From assembly GCA_005880605.1 (NCBI GenBank), contig VBIS01000028.1, forward strand, positions 1 through 34,814: a stretch of 34,814 bases of DNA, written 5' to 3'. Every line of letters starts with the position of its first letter. Within the stretch, counting starts at the first letter, position 1. Below are positions 1-11,324 of this stretch, one piece after another. The notes below the pieces were generated by a model, which worked only from the letters and a program-made list of their open reading frames with translations, did no database searches and was not told the origin of the DNA. Origin of the DNA: Chloroflexota bacterium (GTDB lineage: Bacteria > Chloroflexota > Dormibacteria > CF-121). Position numbers and translations under genes: made by a program.

Positions 1-547
1 CGAATTCGCGGTTGCCTCGGAAGGTCTTGCAAAAGATGTGCATCACGCATTTGTTCGATTCGGTATCGTTTCGCGGTTCTACCGAAAATCCGAGCGTTGC
101 TGGCGCGTGCAAATTACAGATTCGGAATCCGTGGCTCGCTATCAGACCGAGATCGGTTGGATTGGCGAGAAAGTAGGCCGATTTGCCACGGACCTACCGC
201 AATTCCGTGGCAACAACGGACACCTTCCGATCGTGGTCTGGAACATGGTCGAAACTGCGGCGGCGACGCAGGGGCTCGGCTGGGCGAAGCTCGCCGTGCT
301 TTCGGGAGAAAGAACGCGCACTTCGAGATTCCAAACGTACAACCCCCGTACAAATCATGGCTTGTCGCAGCGACGACTCGGAATCTTCAATGAGGTCCTT
401 GAGGACTGGTGGCTAAGTGAGCTCGCCAACCCAGAAATTTATTGGGATCGTATCGTTTCCATCGAGCCGATTGGCGATCACCAAGTCTACGACCTCGCCG
501 TTCCCTCTGGTGCAAATTTCGTCGCCGAAGACATCCTTCTACACAAC
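1..547 (+). mobile_element. Intein (C-terminal part, probably with LAGLIDADG endonuclease region) in the DnaB Walker A P-loop
   Basis: Block F/G sequence [35 protein letters not shown] ends at 547 and is followed by extein +1 Thr (TSLTLNIA, the residue after GK of Walker A). The upstream [19 protein letters not shown] resembles the C-terminal block of intein endonucleases. Visibly more AT-rich than flanking genes. Confidence 0.92.
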
Positions 548-1170
548 ACGTCGCTGACGCTCAACATCGCACAGCATGCCTCGATTCAATACAAGATTCC
601 GGTGGCGATCTTCTCGCTTGAAATGTCCGAGCAGCAGCTCGTGACGCGGCTGCTGTGCAGTGAGGCGGCGGTCGATTCCTATCGGCTCAGGACCGGGCTG
701 CTCAAAGATGCCGAGTGGCCGCGTATTGCTCAAGCGATGGGGGCGCTATCCGAGGCGCCGATCTATATCGATGACTCACCGAGTATCTCCGTGATGGAAA
801 TGCGAACCAAGGCGCGACGGCTCAAGTCAGCCAACAACCTCGGCCTGATCATTGTGGATTACCTCCAGCTGATGCAGGGTCGTAATCAGGAGAACCGCGT
901 CCAGGAGGTTTCGGAGATATCGCGTTCGTTGAAGGGCCTGGCTCGCGAGTTGCAAGTTCCGGTCATCGCCTGCTCGCAGCTAAGTCGTGAGCCGGAGTTC
1001 TCTTTATCTATCGCGAGCGTTTTTACAACGACAACGTCGCCGAGGACCGACGCAACATCGCCGAGATCATCATCGCCAAGCACCGCAATGGGCCTACCGG
1101 GAAGCTCGAGCTGCTCTTCATCGATGAGCAAACGAAGTTCGCCAACCTCGACCGGGCACGCGGGCGCTAG
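1..1170 (+). CDS. dnaB: Replicative DNA helicase DnaB, 3' part (5' truncated by window), intein-containing, with an apparent internal deletion and frameshift at ~997
   Basis: DnaB motifs [42 protein letters not shown] are in frame +2. The true C-terminus ([10 protein letters not shown]...[14 protein letters not shown]...TKFANL) continues in another frame from 997 to TAG at 1168-1170, 3 nt before the purA ATG. Confidence 0.95.
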
Positions 1171-3608
<2,438 letters not shown>

Positions 3609-3615
3609 GACGAGC

Positions 3616-3621
3616 ATTGTA
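3616..3621 (-). promoter_or_regulatory. Putative -10 element TACAAT (leaderless geometry) for the rnfD-like gene
   Basis: TACAAT lies 7 nt upstream of in-frame GTG at 3608, with no SD. Confidence 0.5.
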
Positions 3622-3698
3622 GTCGAGCTTCGAGCGAATTTGGCCCCGACTTGGACGCTGCGTCCAAAGTTGCGGTGAAGATCCCACGAAGAAACGTC

Positions 3699-3707
3699 TG
3701 CTATCCT
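3699..3707 (+). promoter_or_regulatory. Putative extended -10 (TGcTATCCT) for the beta-propeller gene
   Basis: TGn-TAnnnT lies 24 nt upstream of GTG 3732. Confidence 0.45.
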
Positions 3708-3731
3708 TACTCCGTTTTTCCGGGCACCCAC

Positions 3732-5015
3732 GTGACATTTCCGCGCCGCATTACGCTGCTTACGCCCATCGCGCTGGCCGCCGGGTTGCTCGCCACCGCC
3801 GTCGCCGTTTCCGCGGCGGACACGCGTTGGACCTCGACCGGTGTCCAGCAACCCGGGTCGTCCGACCGTCCCGTCTGGTCGATCGCCGTATCCCCGACGC
3901 ATCCGGCGGTCTGGCTCGCCGCAACGCAGGGCCGCGGTGTATTGCGCAGCACGGACTCGGGCGCGACCTGGTCATCCGCGATCGTCGGCATCGACGGCGC
4001 CTGGGTGGTGCGATTTGACCCGCAGCAGGCGATGACCGCTTATGCCGGCACGCAGACCGCGGGGCTCTACAAGTCGCTCGACGAAGGCAAGACCTGGACG
4101 TCGCAGAGCCAGGGACTCAACAATATGGACGTCCGGTCGCTCGCGTTCGGCACCGGCCTGGTGCTCGCCGGAACCGCCCAGGGCGTCTATTACTCGAGCG
4201 ACGCCGCGAGCTCCTGGCACGCCCTCGGCCTCGACCCGCAGTCCATCGCCGCGGTCGGCGTGCTCCCGAATGCCAGCGGGTTCACGCTCTTTGCGGGGAT
4301 CGATAACGGTCCGGTCGGCGCGGCGTTCCTGATGAAAAGCGAGGGACTGGCCGGCAGCTGGGGCGTCGTCAAGGGCACCTTTCCGGCCGACGCGGTGGTC
4401 GCCACGCTGGCGGTGGCGTCAGCTCCGTCGGGTGGCACCGACCCGCCGGTTCTTGCCGGCACCTCGCAGGGTCTGTTTCGCAGCGACGATCGCGGTGTGA
4501 CCTGGAACGCCTTGGCCGGCCTGCCGTCGACGGACTTCAACATCGCTCTCTTCAACCCGGCCAACCCGGACCAGATCTATGTCGGCAGCGACGGCGACCA
4601 GGGCAATGGCGGCGTGTTCCGGTCTCTGGATCGCGGCGCCAGCTGGAGCACCTTCGGCGCGGGTCTCCCGGCGAAGCCCCGCGTCACCGCCCTGGCGCTG
4701 CAGCTGCTGAACCCGGCCCAGGTGGTGGCCGCCACCTGGAACCCGACCGATGGTTCGGCGGGGGCCTATCGGATCGAGGACCCCGCCGCGACGGTGGCGG
4801 GGGTGACCCCGACGGCCGGCCCGTCCGGCAGCGGCAGGGCGTCCGCCGCGCCACGAGCCACCGCCCCGACCCCGGCGCCGGTTCGGCGCTCCAGCGGCTC
4901 GCCGGCCTACGCGACCTACGCCGTCGCCCTGGCGGTGCTCGTCGGCCTCGGCGGCGTGATCTTAGCGCGGCGCTGGCGGATGCGGCGCGAGGACACGCGC
5001 ATTTACCGCCCGTGA
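3732..5015 (+). CDS. Secreted, membrane-anchored BNR/Asp-box repeat beta-propeller protein (WD40/YVTN/Ycf48-like)
   Basis: Signal peptide MTFPRRITLLTPIALAAGLLATAVAVSAA; Asp-boxes STDSGATW, SLDEGKTW, SSDAASSW, SDDRGVTW, SLDRGASW; Pro/Ala/Ser/Thr linker; C-terminal TM helix plus basic tail RRWRMRR. Confidence 0.85.
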   Translation: MTFPRRITLLTPIALAAGLLATAVAVSAADTRWTSTGVQQPGSSDRPVWSIAVSPTHPAVWLAATQGRGVLRSTDSGATWSSAIVGIDGAWVVRFDPQQAMTAYAGTQTAGLYKSLDEGKTWTSQSQGLNNMDVRSLAFGTGLVLAGTAQGVYYSSDAASSWHALGLDPQSIAAVGVLPNASGFTLFAGIDNGPVGAAFLMKSEGLAGSWGVVKGTFPADAVVATLAVASAPSGGTDPPVLAGTSQGLFRSDDRGVTWNALAGLPSTDFNIALFNPANPDQIYVGSDGDQGNGGVFRSLDRGASWSTFGAGLPAKPRVTALALQLLNPAQVVAATWNPTDGSAGAYRIEDPAATVAGVTPTAGPSGSGRASAAPRATAPTPAPVRRSSGSPAYATYAVALAVLVGLGGVILARRWRMRREDTRIYRP

Positions 5016-5142
5016 CCCGGCGTCACAAGCAGGCCTCCCCCGTTAACCATCTCTTCACGGGTTCAGGCTGGCGGTTCCGGAACCACGCCGCTACCCTCAT
5101 GGCGACGGCCCGTCGACAGCGGGCTCAGGAGGTCGATCCCGC

Positions 5143-5640
5143 GTGCTCACGTCCCGGTCGAGGCGAGTCATGATGCTGGACTCCGCCGAGGCGACGCTGC
5201 GGACGCTGGCGCTCGAGTTGCCGTCGCCGCCCAAGGCGCTCGCCTCCTATGTGCCCGTGCAGCAGGTTGGCGAGCTCCTTTATACCTCCGGCGTCATCCC
5301 CAGTTGGAATGGCGACGTTCAATTTCGCGGCGTCGTCGGCGCCGACGTGAGCATCAAGGACGCGGCGCGCGCCGCCGAGATCTGCGCCCTCAACATCATG
5401 GCGCTGATTCGCCAGCATGCCGGGTCGCTCGACCGCGTCGAGCAGTTCATCCAGCTCAGCGGCTTCGTCCGCTCCGCCGCCGGCTTCGAAGAGCAGCCGA
5501 AGGTCCTGAACGGCGCCTCAGACCTGATCTACAAAGTCTTCGGGGAACGGGGGCGGCACACGCGGCAGGCGCTGGGAACCAGCGAGTTGCCGCTCGGCGT
5601 CCCGGTCGAGATCTCGGCGATCATCCGCCTCAAGCCTTAA
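5143..5640 (+). CDS. RidA/YjgF/UK114 family protein
   Basis: LELPSPPKALASYVP, LYTSG, VLNGASDL..VFGERGRHTRQALG, LPLGVPVEI. Start is GTG 5143 (AGGAGG upstream) or ATG 5170. Confidence 0.9.
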   Translation: MLTSRSRRVMMLDSAEATLRTLALELPSPPKALASYVPVQQVGELLYTSGVIPSWNGDVQFRGVVGADVSIKDAARAAEICALNIMALIRQHAGSLDRVEQFIQLSGFVRSAAGFEEQPKVLNGASDLIYKVFGERGRHTRQALGTSELPLGVPVEISAIIRLKP

Positions 5641-7079
5641 GCCGCCAGCGGCAGCCAGGCGGTGAACGTGGCCCCCTGGCCAGGCTCGCTGGACGCCTCG
5701 ATGGTGCCCTGGTGCGCCTCGACGATCGACTTGGCGATGGCCAGCCCCAGCCCCGAGCCACCGTGCGATCGATCCCGCGCCTTCTCCCCCCGGTAAAAGC
5801 GTTCGAAGATGTGCGGGAGGTCCTGACGCGAGATCCCCGGGCCGGTGTCCTGCAGCCGGATGGCGGCACGCCCGTCGGTCTGGAAGACGCTCCAGTGCTG
5901 TTCCGCCCCCGGTGCGTACTTGAGCGCATTCTGGGCCAGGTTGTTGACCACCTGCTTGAGCGCCTCAGGGTCGGCCCGCACGGTCACGCCGGGCTGAAGG
6001 TCGCGTGACTCCAGCGCCCCCTTGTTGCGCAGGCCCAACTCGTCGAGTGCCTGGCCGACGAACTGGTCGAGCACCACCGGTTGGCGGCTGGGTGCCCGAC
6101 CCGATTCGAAGCGGGTCAGTGTGAGCAGGTCGTTGACCAGCCGGGTCATCCGCGCGCTCTCCTGCTGCATGGCGGCGAGGGATGACTGGAGCGTCTCGGG
6201 GTCGACAACCTCCCGACGCCCCAGCACGTCGATGTACCCGGCAATTGACGTCAGGGGCGTGCGCAACTCGTGCGAGGCGTCGGCGACGAAGTGCCGCATC
6301 TGCTCCTCGGACTGCCGCTGGACCTCGAAGGCCTGGTCGATGCCCGCCGCCATCTGGTTGAAGGCCAGCGCCAGCGCGCCGATCTCGTCGCTGGACCTGG
6401 GCGCGGTCACCCGCTGTTTGTAATCGCCGGCGGCCAGCTTCCCCGCGGTCTCCGACATCTGCTTGAGGGGGCGCAGCGCTCGGCCGATAATCAGCGGGCT
6501 CAGCAGCAGCGCCAGAAGCAAGACGGCGAGCGAGCCGATGACGGCCACCTGGCGATCGAGGCTGAGGGTGCGGTCAATATCATCGGTGGCGATCGACAAC
6601 TGAACCACCGCGACCGCCTTGCTGCCGGTGCGGATGACATTGAGCACGACGAGAGAGGTCGAGCCGTCGGGGGCGGTTGCGATGTAGTAGGCCTTTGGCT
6701 TGCTCAACGCGGCCGTCCGGTAATCCTGGGTTGTCAGCGACGGCACATCGGGCCTGGTGGCGAGCGTTGCCGGCGTGAAGGCGATCAAGCCGCCATTCGG
6801 TCCGATGATGGCCGCGGAGGTCCGTCGTGAGCGAAGCTCGTCGCTGAACGTTTGGGACAGGATGAGCGCGCGCACGACAGTGGCGGCGCGGCTCGCGGTC
6901 TGTTTCTTGAAGGCCGTGAAGACCGCGTTGTACTCGCTGACCAGCACGTCGGCGTTGCTTCGAAAAAGGACCTCGCGGGCGGCGAAGTACTGGGCCACAC
7001 CGCCGGCGAGCAGCAACACCGCCAGCAGCGCGAGATAGAGAAACGTCAGTCGCCAGCGCAGCGATCGGAAGCGGGCCAT
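5637..7079 (-). CDS. Membrane sensor histidine kinase (HAMP, HisKA, HATPase), MprB-like
   Basis: Two TM segments, HAMP (DEIGALALAFNQM), H-box FVADASHELRTPLT, N-box NLAQNALKY, DTGPGI, IFERFYR, GGSGLGLAI. Confidence 0.95.
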   Translation of the reverse strand: MARFRSLRWRLTFLYLALLAVLLLAGGVAQYFAAREVLFRSNADVLVSEYNAVFTAFKKQTASRAATVVRALILSQTFSDELRSRRTSAAIIGPNGGLIAFTPATLATRPDVPSLTTQDYRTAALSKPKAYYIATAPDGSTSLVVLNVIRTGSKAVAVVQLSIATDDIDRTLSLDRQVAVIGSLAVLLLALLLSPLIIGRALRPLKQMSETAGKLAAGDYKQRVTAPRSSDEIGALALAFNQMAAGIDQAFEVQRQSEEQMRHFVADASHELRTPLTSIAGYIDVLGRREVVDPETLQSSLAAMQQESARMTRLVNDLLTLTRFESGRAPSRQPVVLDQFVGQALDELGLRNKGALESRDLQPGVTVRADPEALKQVVNNLAQNALKYAPGAEQHWSVFQTDGRAAIRLQDTGPGISRQDLPHIFERFYRGEKARDRSHGGSGLGLAIAKSIVEAHQGTIEASSEPGQGATFTAWLPLAA

Positions 7080-7113
7080 GGCTAGCCGCGCCCGCCGCGG
7101 CGCGACCGGTCGC

Positions 7114-7815
7114 TCATGCTTTGATGCGGTACCCGACGCCCCGTACGGTCTGAATCAACTTGTGCTGCTCGTCGCCGAGCTTCTGGCGAAGGTAACGGAT
7201 GTAGACCTCGACGTTGTTGGCGTCGCCGAAGAAGTTGTAGCCCCAGACCTGGTCGAGGATGCGGTCGCGGGCAAGGACCTGGTTGGGATGCATCAGCAGC
7301 AGGCGCAGCAGGTCGAACTCGCGAGCCGAAAGCTCGATGGTGCGCCCGCCCCGGCGCACTTCGCGCGTCGCTTCATCCATGCTGAGGTCCTGCACCTGGA
7401 GCAGCGGCCCGGCGCTGGGATTTCGACGGCGCATCACGGCCCGGATCCGCGCCAGCAGCTCGCCGAAATCGAATGGCTTGACCAGGTAATCGTCGGCGCC
7501 GACCTCGAGGCCCTTGATCCGGTCAGCGACCTCGTCCCTGGCTGACAGGATGATGACACCAGTGTCCTTGTTGCCGCGGATCGCCTCGGCGACCGCCAGG
7601 CCGTCAAGCTTGGGCATCATCACGTCCAGGACCACAACGTGGGGCTTGAACTCGCTGATCATGCGCAGCGCAGCCTGGCCGTCGGGCGCCGTCTGCACCT
7701 GGAAGCCCTCGTACTGCAGCCCGAGCCGGATGAAGTCCACGATGCTGCGTTCGTCGTCGACGACGAGCACCCGCGGGCTACGGGAGGCTATCACCTCGGG
7801 GGCCGTCTCTGCCAT
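7114..7815 (-). CDS. OmpR/PhoB-family response regulator, MprA-like
   Basis: VLVVDDE, VLDVMMP, GADDYLVKPF, winged helix VWGYNFFGDANNVEVYIRYLRQKL, IQTVRGVGY. Start placed at ATG 7815. Confidence 0.95.
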   Translation of the reverse strand: MAETAPEVIASRSPRVLVVDDERSIVDFIRLGLQYEGFQVQTAPDGQAALRMISEFKPHVVVLDVMMPKLDGLAVAEAIRGNKDTGVIILSARDEVADRIKGLEVGADDYLVKPFDFGELLARIRAVMRRRNPSAGPLLQVQDLSMDEATREVRRGGRTIELSAREFDLLRLLLMHPNQVLARDRILDQVWGYNFFGDANNVEVYIRYLRQKLGDEQHKLIQTVRGVGYRIKA

Positions 7816-7825
7816 GTCGAGTTCC

Positions 7826-7831
7826 AATATA
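7826..7831 (-). promoter_or_regulatory. Putative -10 TATATT for the response regulator operon
   Basis: Lies 10 nt upstream of ATG 7815, with no clear SD. Confidence 0.5.
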
Positions 7832-7857
7832 ACGGCGCTTTTGGCGAAATCCCATCT

Positions 7858-7885
7858 TCTGACCCGCTTCTCAGGGGGCTTTAAG
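7858..7885 (+). promoter_or_regulatory. Putative OmpR-family (MprA-box-like) binding site: three hexamers at 11-bp period
   Basis: TCTGAC(7858)-N5-TCTCAG(7869)-N5-TTTAAG(7880), between the divergent regulator and PAP2 genes. Confidence 0.55.
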
Positions 7886-7909
7886 GAAGCCTCTTTGCGC
7901 CGTCCTGAG

Positions 7910-7915
7910 TAAGCT
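7910..7915 (+). promoter_or_regulatory. Putative -10 TAAGCT, leaderless PAP2 transcript
   Basis: Exactly 6 nt before GTG 7922, with no SD. Confidence 0.55.
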
Positions 7916-7921
7916 TTCCCG

Positions 7922-8839
7922 GTGCAGCCGGCTGACGCACCACAGCGTCCAACCGTGACCCGCCGGCGCTCCTGGCTGCTGCCGTCGTTGGTCGGCGGGT
8001 ACCTGGCGGTCGTGACCCTGTTCATGGTCTTCGTCCTCCACCTGTCGGTCTCGCCGGAGCGTCTGCTGCTCCTGATGTTGATTGCGGCCTTGATCCTCGG
8101 GCGGGCCAGGCTGTTCCTCGCGGACTGGATCCCTTTTCTCGTTCTCTTTCTCTCCTATGAGTACCTGCGAGGCCTCAGCGGCAAACTCGGGATGCCGATC
8201 CACGACGTGACATCGCTCGAAAGGCTGATCAGTTTCGGGCAGATCCCAAACCTGCTGCTGCAGCAGGCGTTCTACCACGTGGGTCACGTGAGTTGGTATG
8301 ACATCGCCGGCACCATGTTCTATTTCCTGCACTTCGCCTTTCCGCTGGGGCTCGGGTACCTGTTCTGGATCGTCGACCGGCATACGTTTCTACGATTCTC
8401 GCGAGCGCTGATCGCGATGTCATTCGCCGCCTTCGTCTTCTACCTGTTGCTGCCGGTCGCCCCGCCCTGGAAAGCCGTGCCCGGTGTGATCAAGATCATC
8501 GATCACACCCTGCCGAGCTTCACCGACATCCCTGGTATTCCGGTTCCCGCCACCGTTTACCACTGGCTCACGCCCAACCAGTACGCCGCGATGCCGTCCT
8601 TACACGCGGCCTACCCATTTCTCGGTGCATTGTTCGCCGTGCGCCTGTGGGGACGCCGCGCGTGGTGGACCCTCGCCTACACCGTCTGCGTCTGGCTCAG
8701 CATCGTCTACCTTGGCGAGCACTACGTGGTCGACATCATCGGCGGCGTCGTCTTCGCCCTGGCCGTCTTCTTCGGCGAAGACGCGTTCACGACCTGGTGG
8801 CACAAACGAACTGTCAGGACCGCCAGATCTTTTTCATGA
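7922..8839 (+). CDS. PAP2-superfamily membrane phosphatase/phosphotransferase (AUR1/PAP2_3-like)
   Basis: Multiple TM helices; motifs YFLHF, LPVAPPW, AAMPSLHAAY, VYLGEHYVVDIIGG. Confidence 0.9.
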   Translation: MQPADAPQRPTVTRRRSWLLPSLVGGYLAVVTLFMVFVLHLSVSPERLLLLMLIAALILGRARLFLADWIPFLVLFLSYEYLRGLSGKLGMPIHDVTSLERLISFGQIPNLLLQQAFYHVGHVSWYDIAGTMFYFLHFAFPLGLGYLFWIVDRHTFLRFSRALIAMSFAAFVFYLLLPVAPPWKAVPGVIKIIDHTLPSFTDIPGIPVPATVYHWLTPNQYAAMPSLHAAYPFLGALFAVRLWGRRAWWTLAYTVCVWLSIVYLGEHYVVDIIGGVVFALAVFFGEDAFTTWWHKRTVRTARSFS

Positions 8840-10145
8840 TGGCCCGAGCCAGCTTGTCGGGGTCGTGATGCGTTGAGATCCGCGGGTTGACGACGTCGAC
8901 GAGGACGGCATGGATGCTGCGCTGGTTGACCGTGGCCGGGTCGTAGACGACCCGCTTGATGCCGGCCGTCTGGGCCGACGACGGCAGTGGGAAGTTGTTG
9001 TTGCTGTTGACCACCACGAAGTCGAAGATGTTCGTCCCCAGGTGGTTCTCGATGGCCTTGAGGTGGTCGCTGACACGGAAATAGTCCGTCTCGCCCGGCT
9101 GGGTCGCAACGTTGCAGATGAAGACCTTGATCGCGGGCGAGGCTTTCAGTGCCTCCGCCATCCCGTCGACGACCAGGTTGGGCAGGATGCTGGTGTAGAG
9201 GCTGCCCGGGCCGACGGTGATCATTTCGGCGTTGAGGATCGCCTCTTCGGCTTCGGGGTTGATCGTGGACTCGGGTTGCAGGAAGACTCGCTTGATGGCG
9301 GTCGCCGTGGCCACCGCGCCGTGACCGTCACCATTGCCGGCGCCGTTGCCGTTGCCGTGGGGAATGGTCGACTCGCCGATGCGGGTCTCACCGTCGGCCA
9401 TCTCCGCGATCAGCGTCACGTCGCGTAATGTCGACGGGACGATCTGGCCGCGAACGGCGAGGACGCGGCCGGACTCCCGGATGGCGTGCTCGAAGTCGCC
9501 CGTGATTTCGGCCATCGCCATGATGAACAGGTTGCCGAAGGAGTGCCCGTTCAAGCTGCCTTCCTTGAAGCGGTGCTGGAAGAGCGTGGTCATCAAGGGC
9601 TCGACGTCGGCCAGCGCCGTGATGCACTGCCGGAAGTCACCGGGAGGCAGAATGCGGTATTCCTTGCGGAGGCGCCCCGAGCTCCCACCGTCGTCCGCCA
9701 CCGTGACGATCGCCGTCAGGTTGCCGGTGTACTTCTTCAGGCCGCGAAGCAGGGTGGAGAGCCCGGTGCCGCCGCCCAGGGCGACCACCCGCGGCCCCTT
9801 TTGCAGGAAGCGGTAGTTGTAGATGATCTCGGAGAGGGCCCGGTCCCGACCTGGGAGGAACGGCCCGAGCACAGACTGGGTGAGCTTGTAAAGCGCGTAA
9901 AGAATGATGCTCAGCCCGAGTGCGGCAAAGAGTCCGCCCCGGACGTAGCGGGGGAGGAACTGGAGGGTCAGGTAGTAAAAGATCGCCGGAAGCCGTACGC
10001 CGGAACGGTAGAAGTTGGCCAGGGCGTACCCAATCCCAAGGCTGATCAGGACCATCCCGACCATCAGAAGGACGAGCCAACGCTTGACGTGGAGGCCGGG
10101 GGTGAACCAGCGCACCACCCGGGGGTTCATACGTAAGGGGGCCAC
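8814..10145 (-). CDS. yvcK: YvcK/GlmR (CofD-related, gluconeogenesis factor) family protein with N-terminal TM extension
   Basis: VVALGGGTGLSTLLRGLK, IVTVADDGGSSGRLR, PPGDFR, GHSFGNL, VGPGSLYTSILPNL, NVATQPGET, HDPDKLA. Alternative start ATG 10130. Confidence 0.92.
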   Translation of the reverse strand: MAPLRMNPRVVRWFTPGLHVKRWLVLLMVGMVLISLGIGYALANFYRSGVRLPAIFYYLTLQFLPRYVRGGLFAALGLSIILYALYKLTQSVLGPFLPGRDRALSEIIYNYRFLQKGPRVVALGGGTGLSTLLRGLKKYTGNLTAIVTVADDGGSSGRLRKEYRILPPGDFRQCITALADVEPLMTTLFQHRFKEGSLNGHSFGNLFIMAMAEITGDFEHAIRESGRVLAVRGQIVPSTLRDVTLIAEMADGETRIGESTIPHGNGNGAGNGDGHGAVATATAIKRVFLQPESTINPEAEEAILNAEMITVGPGSLYTSILPNLVVDGMAEALKASPAIKVFICNVATQPGETDYFRVSDHLKAIENHLGTNIFDFVVVNSNNNFPLPSSAQTAGIKRVVYDPATVNQRSIHAVLVDVVNPRISTHHDPDKLARAIMKKIWRS

Positions 10146-10155
10146 CGGCGCCCCA

Positions 10156-10164
10156 AGCTTAGCA
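10156..10164 (-). promoter_or_regulatory. Putative extended -10 (TGcTAAGCT) for yvcK
   Basis: Lies 10 nt upstream of GTG 10145. Confidence 0.5.
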
Positions 10165-10238
10165 CAGCATTTTTTGAACTCATTTCAGGCGGATTTCGTT
10201 ACGTCCATAAGACCCTATTCCGGCCCCCGGAAGCGGCA

Positions 10239-10311
10239 TATAATCGGCCCAGGGTCTTTGGGAGCGTACGGGGCCCCAGTTCACGCCGCCTCGTGACAAG
10301 GCAAAAGGAGG
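10239..10311 (+). promoter_or_regulatory. ilvE promoter -10 (TATAAT) and Shine-Dalgarno (AAGGAGG)
   Basis: Consensus TATAAT at 10239-10244; AAGGAGG at 10305-10311, 10 nt before ATG 10322. Confidence 0.6.
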
Positions 10312-10321
10312 TCGTCGGTCG

Positions 10322-11293
10322 ATGGCGATCAAGGCAGAGGGCGTTACCCGCGCATCCGAGGGGCGGCGGAAAGAGCAGGGGCAGTTCTGGGTTTACCTCG
10401 ACGGCGAGATCAAGCGTTACGCCGACGCCCGGGTCGGCTTGATGACCCACGCGCTGCAGTACGGGACCGGGGTCTTCGAGGGGATTCGTGGTTACTGGAG
10501 CCCTGAGCACGAGCAGCTCTTCCTCCTCAAGCTGCGGGAGCATTACCGCCGCATGCAGAACTCCGTGAAGATCCTGAAGCTCAAGATCCCGATGAGCCTG
10601 GACGAGCTCTGCGAAACCAGCATCGACCTGATTCGGCGCAACAACTTCCGTCAGGACGTCTACATCCGGCCCTTTGCATTCAAGAGTTCCGAAGAGATCG
10701 GCGTTCGTCTCCATAATCTCAAGGACTCGTTCGCCATCTACGTCACGCCCTTTGGCAACTATGTCGAAGTCGACGGCGGTATCCGCTGCATGGTGTCGAG
10801 CTGGCGGCGCATCGACGATAACGTCGCACCGGCCCGCGCCAAGATCACCGGCACCTACGTCAACTCCGCCCTCGCCAAGACCGAGGCGATGGAAAATGGG
10901 TTCGACGAGGCGATCCTGCTCACCCAGGACGGCCACGTCTGCGAAGGCAGCGCCGAGAACATCTTCCTGCTCCGCGACGGCAAGGTGTTTACGCCGCCCA
11001 CCTCCGACAACATCCTCGAAGGCCTCACCCGGCTCGCGATGATCGAGCTGCTGCGCAAGGAGCTCGACATGGAGGTCGTGGAACGCACCATCGACCGTTC
11101 CGAGCTGTACATCGCCGACGAGATCTTCCTCTGCGGAACCGGCGCCCAGATCTCGCCCGTGATCGATGTCGATCGCCGGCCGATCGGCGATGGCCAGGTG
11201 GGGCCGGTCGTCAGCCAGCTCCAGAAGCTCTACTTCGACATCGTGCGGGGACACAGCGCCAAGTACCGCAACTGGTTGACACCCGTCTACTGA
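10322..11293 (+). CDS. ilvE: Branched-chain amino acid aminotransferase (fold type IV PLP enzyme)
   Basis: HALQYGTGVFEGIR, YIRP, PLP Lys in AKITGTY, EGSAENIF, ILEGLTR, ADEIFLCGTGA. Confidence 0.95.
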   Translation: MAIKAEGVTRASEGRRKEQGQFWVYLDGEIKRYADARVGLMTHALQYGTGVFEGIRGYWSPEHEQLFLLKLREHYRRMQNSVKILKLKIPMSLDELCETSIDLIRRNNFRQDVYIRPFAFKSSEEIGVRLHNLKDSFAIYVTPFGNYVEVDGGIRCMVSSWRRIDDNVAPARAKITGTYVNSALAKTEAMENGFDEAILLTQDGHVCEGSAENIFLLRDGKVFTPPTSDNILEGLTRLAMIELLRKELDMEVVERTIDRSELYIADEIFLCGTGAQISPVIDVDRRPIGDGQVGPVVSQLQKLYFDIVRGHSAKYRNWLTPVY

Positions 11294-11324
11294 CCGGGGC
11301 CATACCTCCACGGGTGAGGCGCTG

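Noticed and set aside
985-1000. Programmed ribosomal frameshift in dnaB (and likewise in the rnfD-like gene)
   Set aside because: No slippery heptamer, and conserved residues are missing, which a frameshift could not restore.
5099-5173. 24-codon uORF (MATARRQRAQEVDPACSRPGRGES) overlapping ridA ATG 5170
   Set aside because: No SD or suitable promoter spacing and no informative composition; likely chance.
7816-8025. 70-aa N-terminal extension of the response regulator
   Set aside because: Overlaps the divergent gene and promoter; the receiver domain starts after ATG 7815.
10245-10321. Riboswitch, T-box or attenuator in the ilvE leader
   Set aside because: The leader is only ~70 nt, with no T-box motif, leader peptide or terminator.
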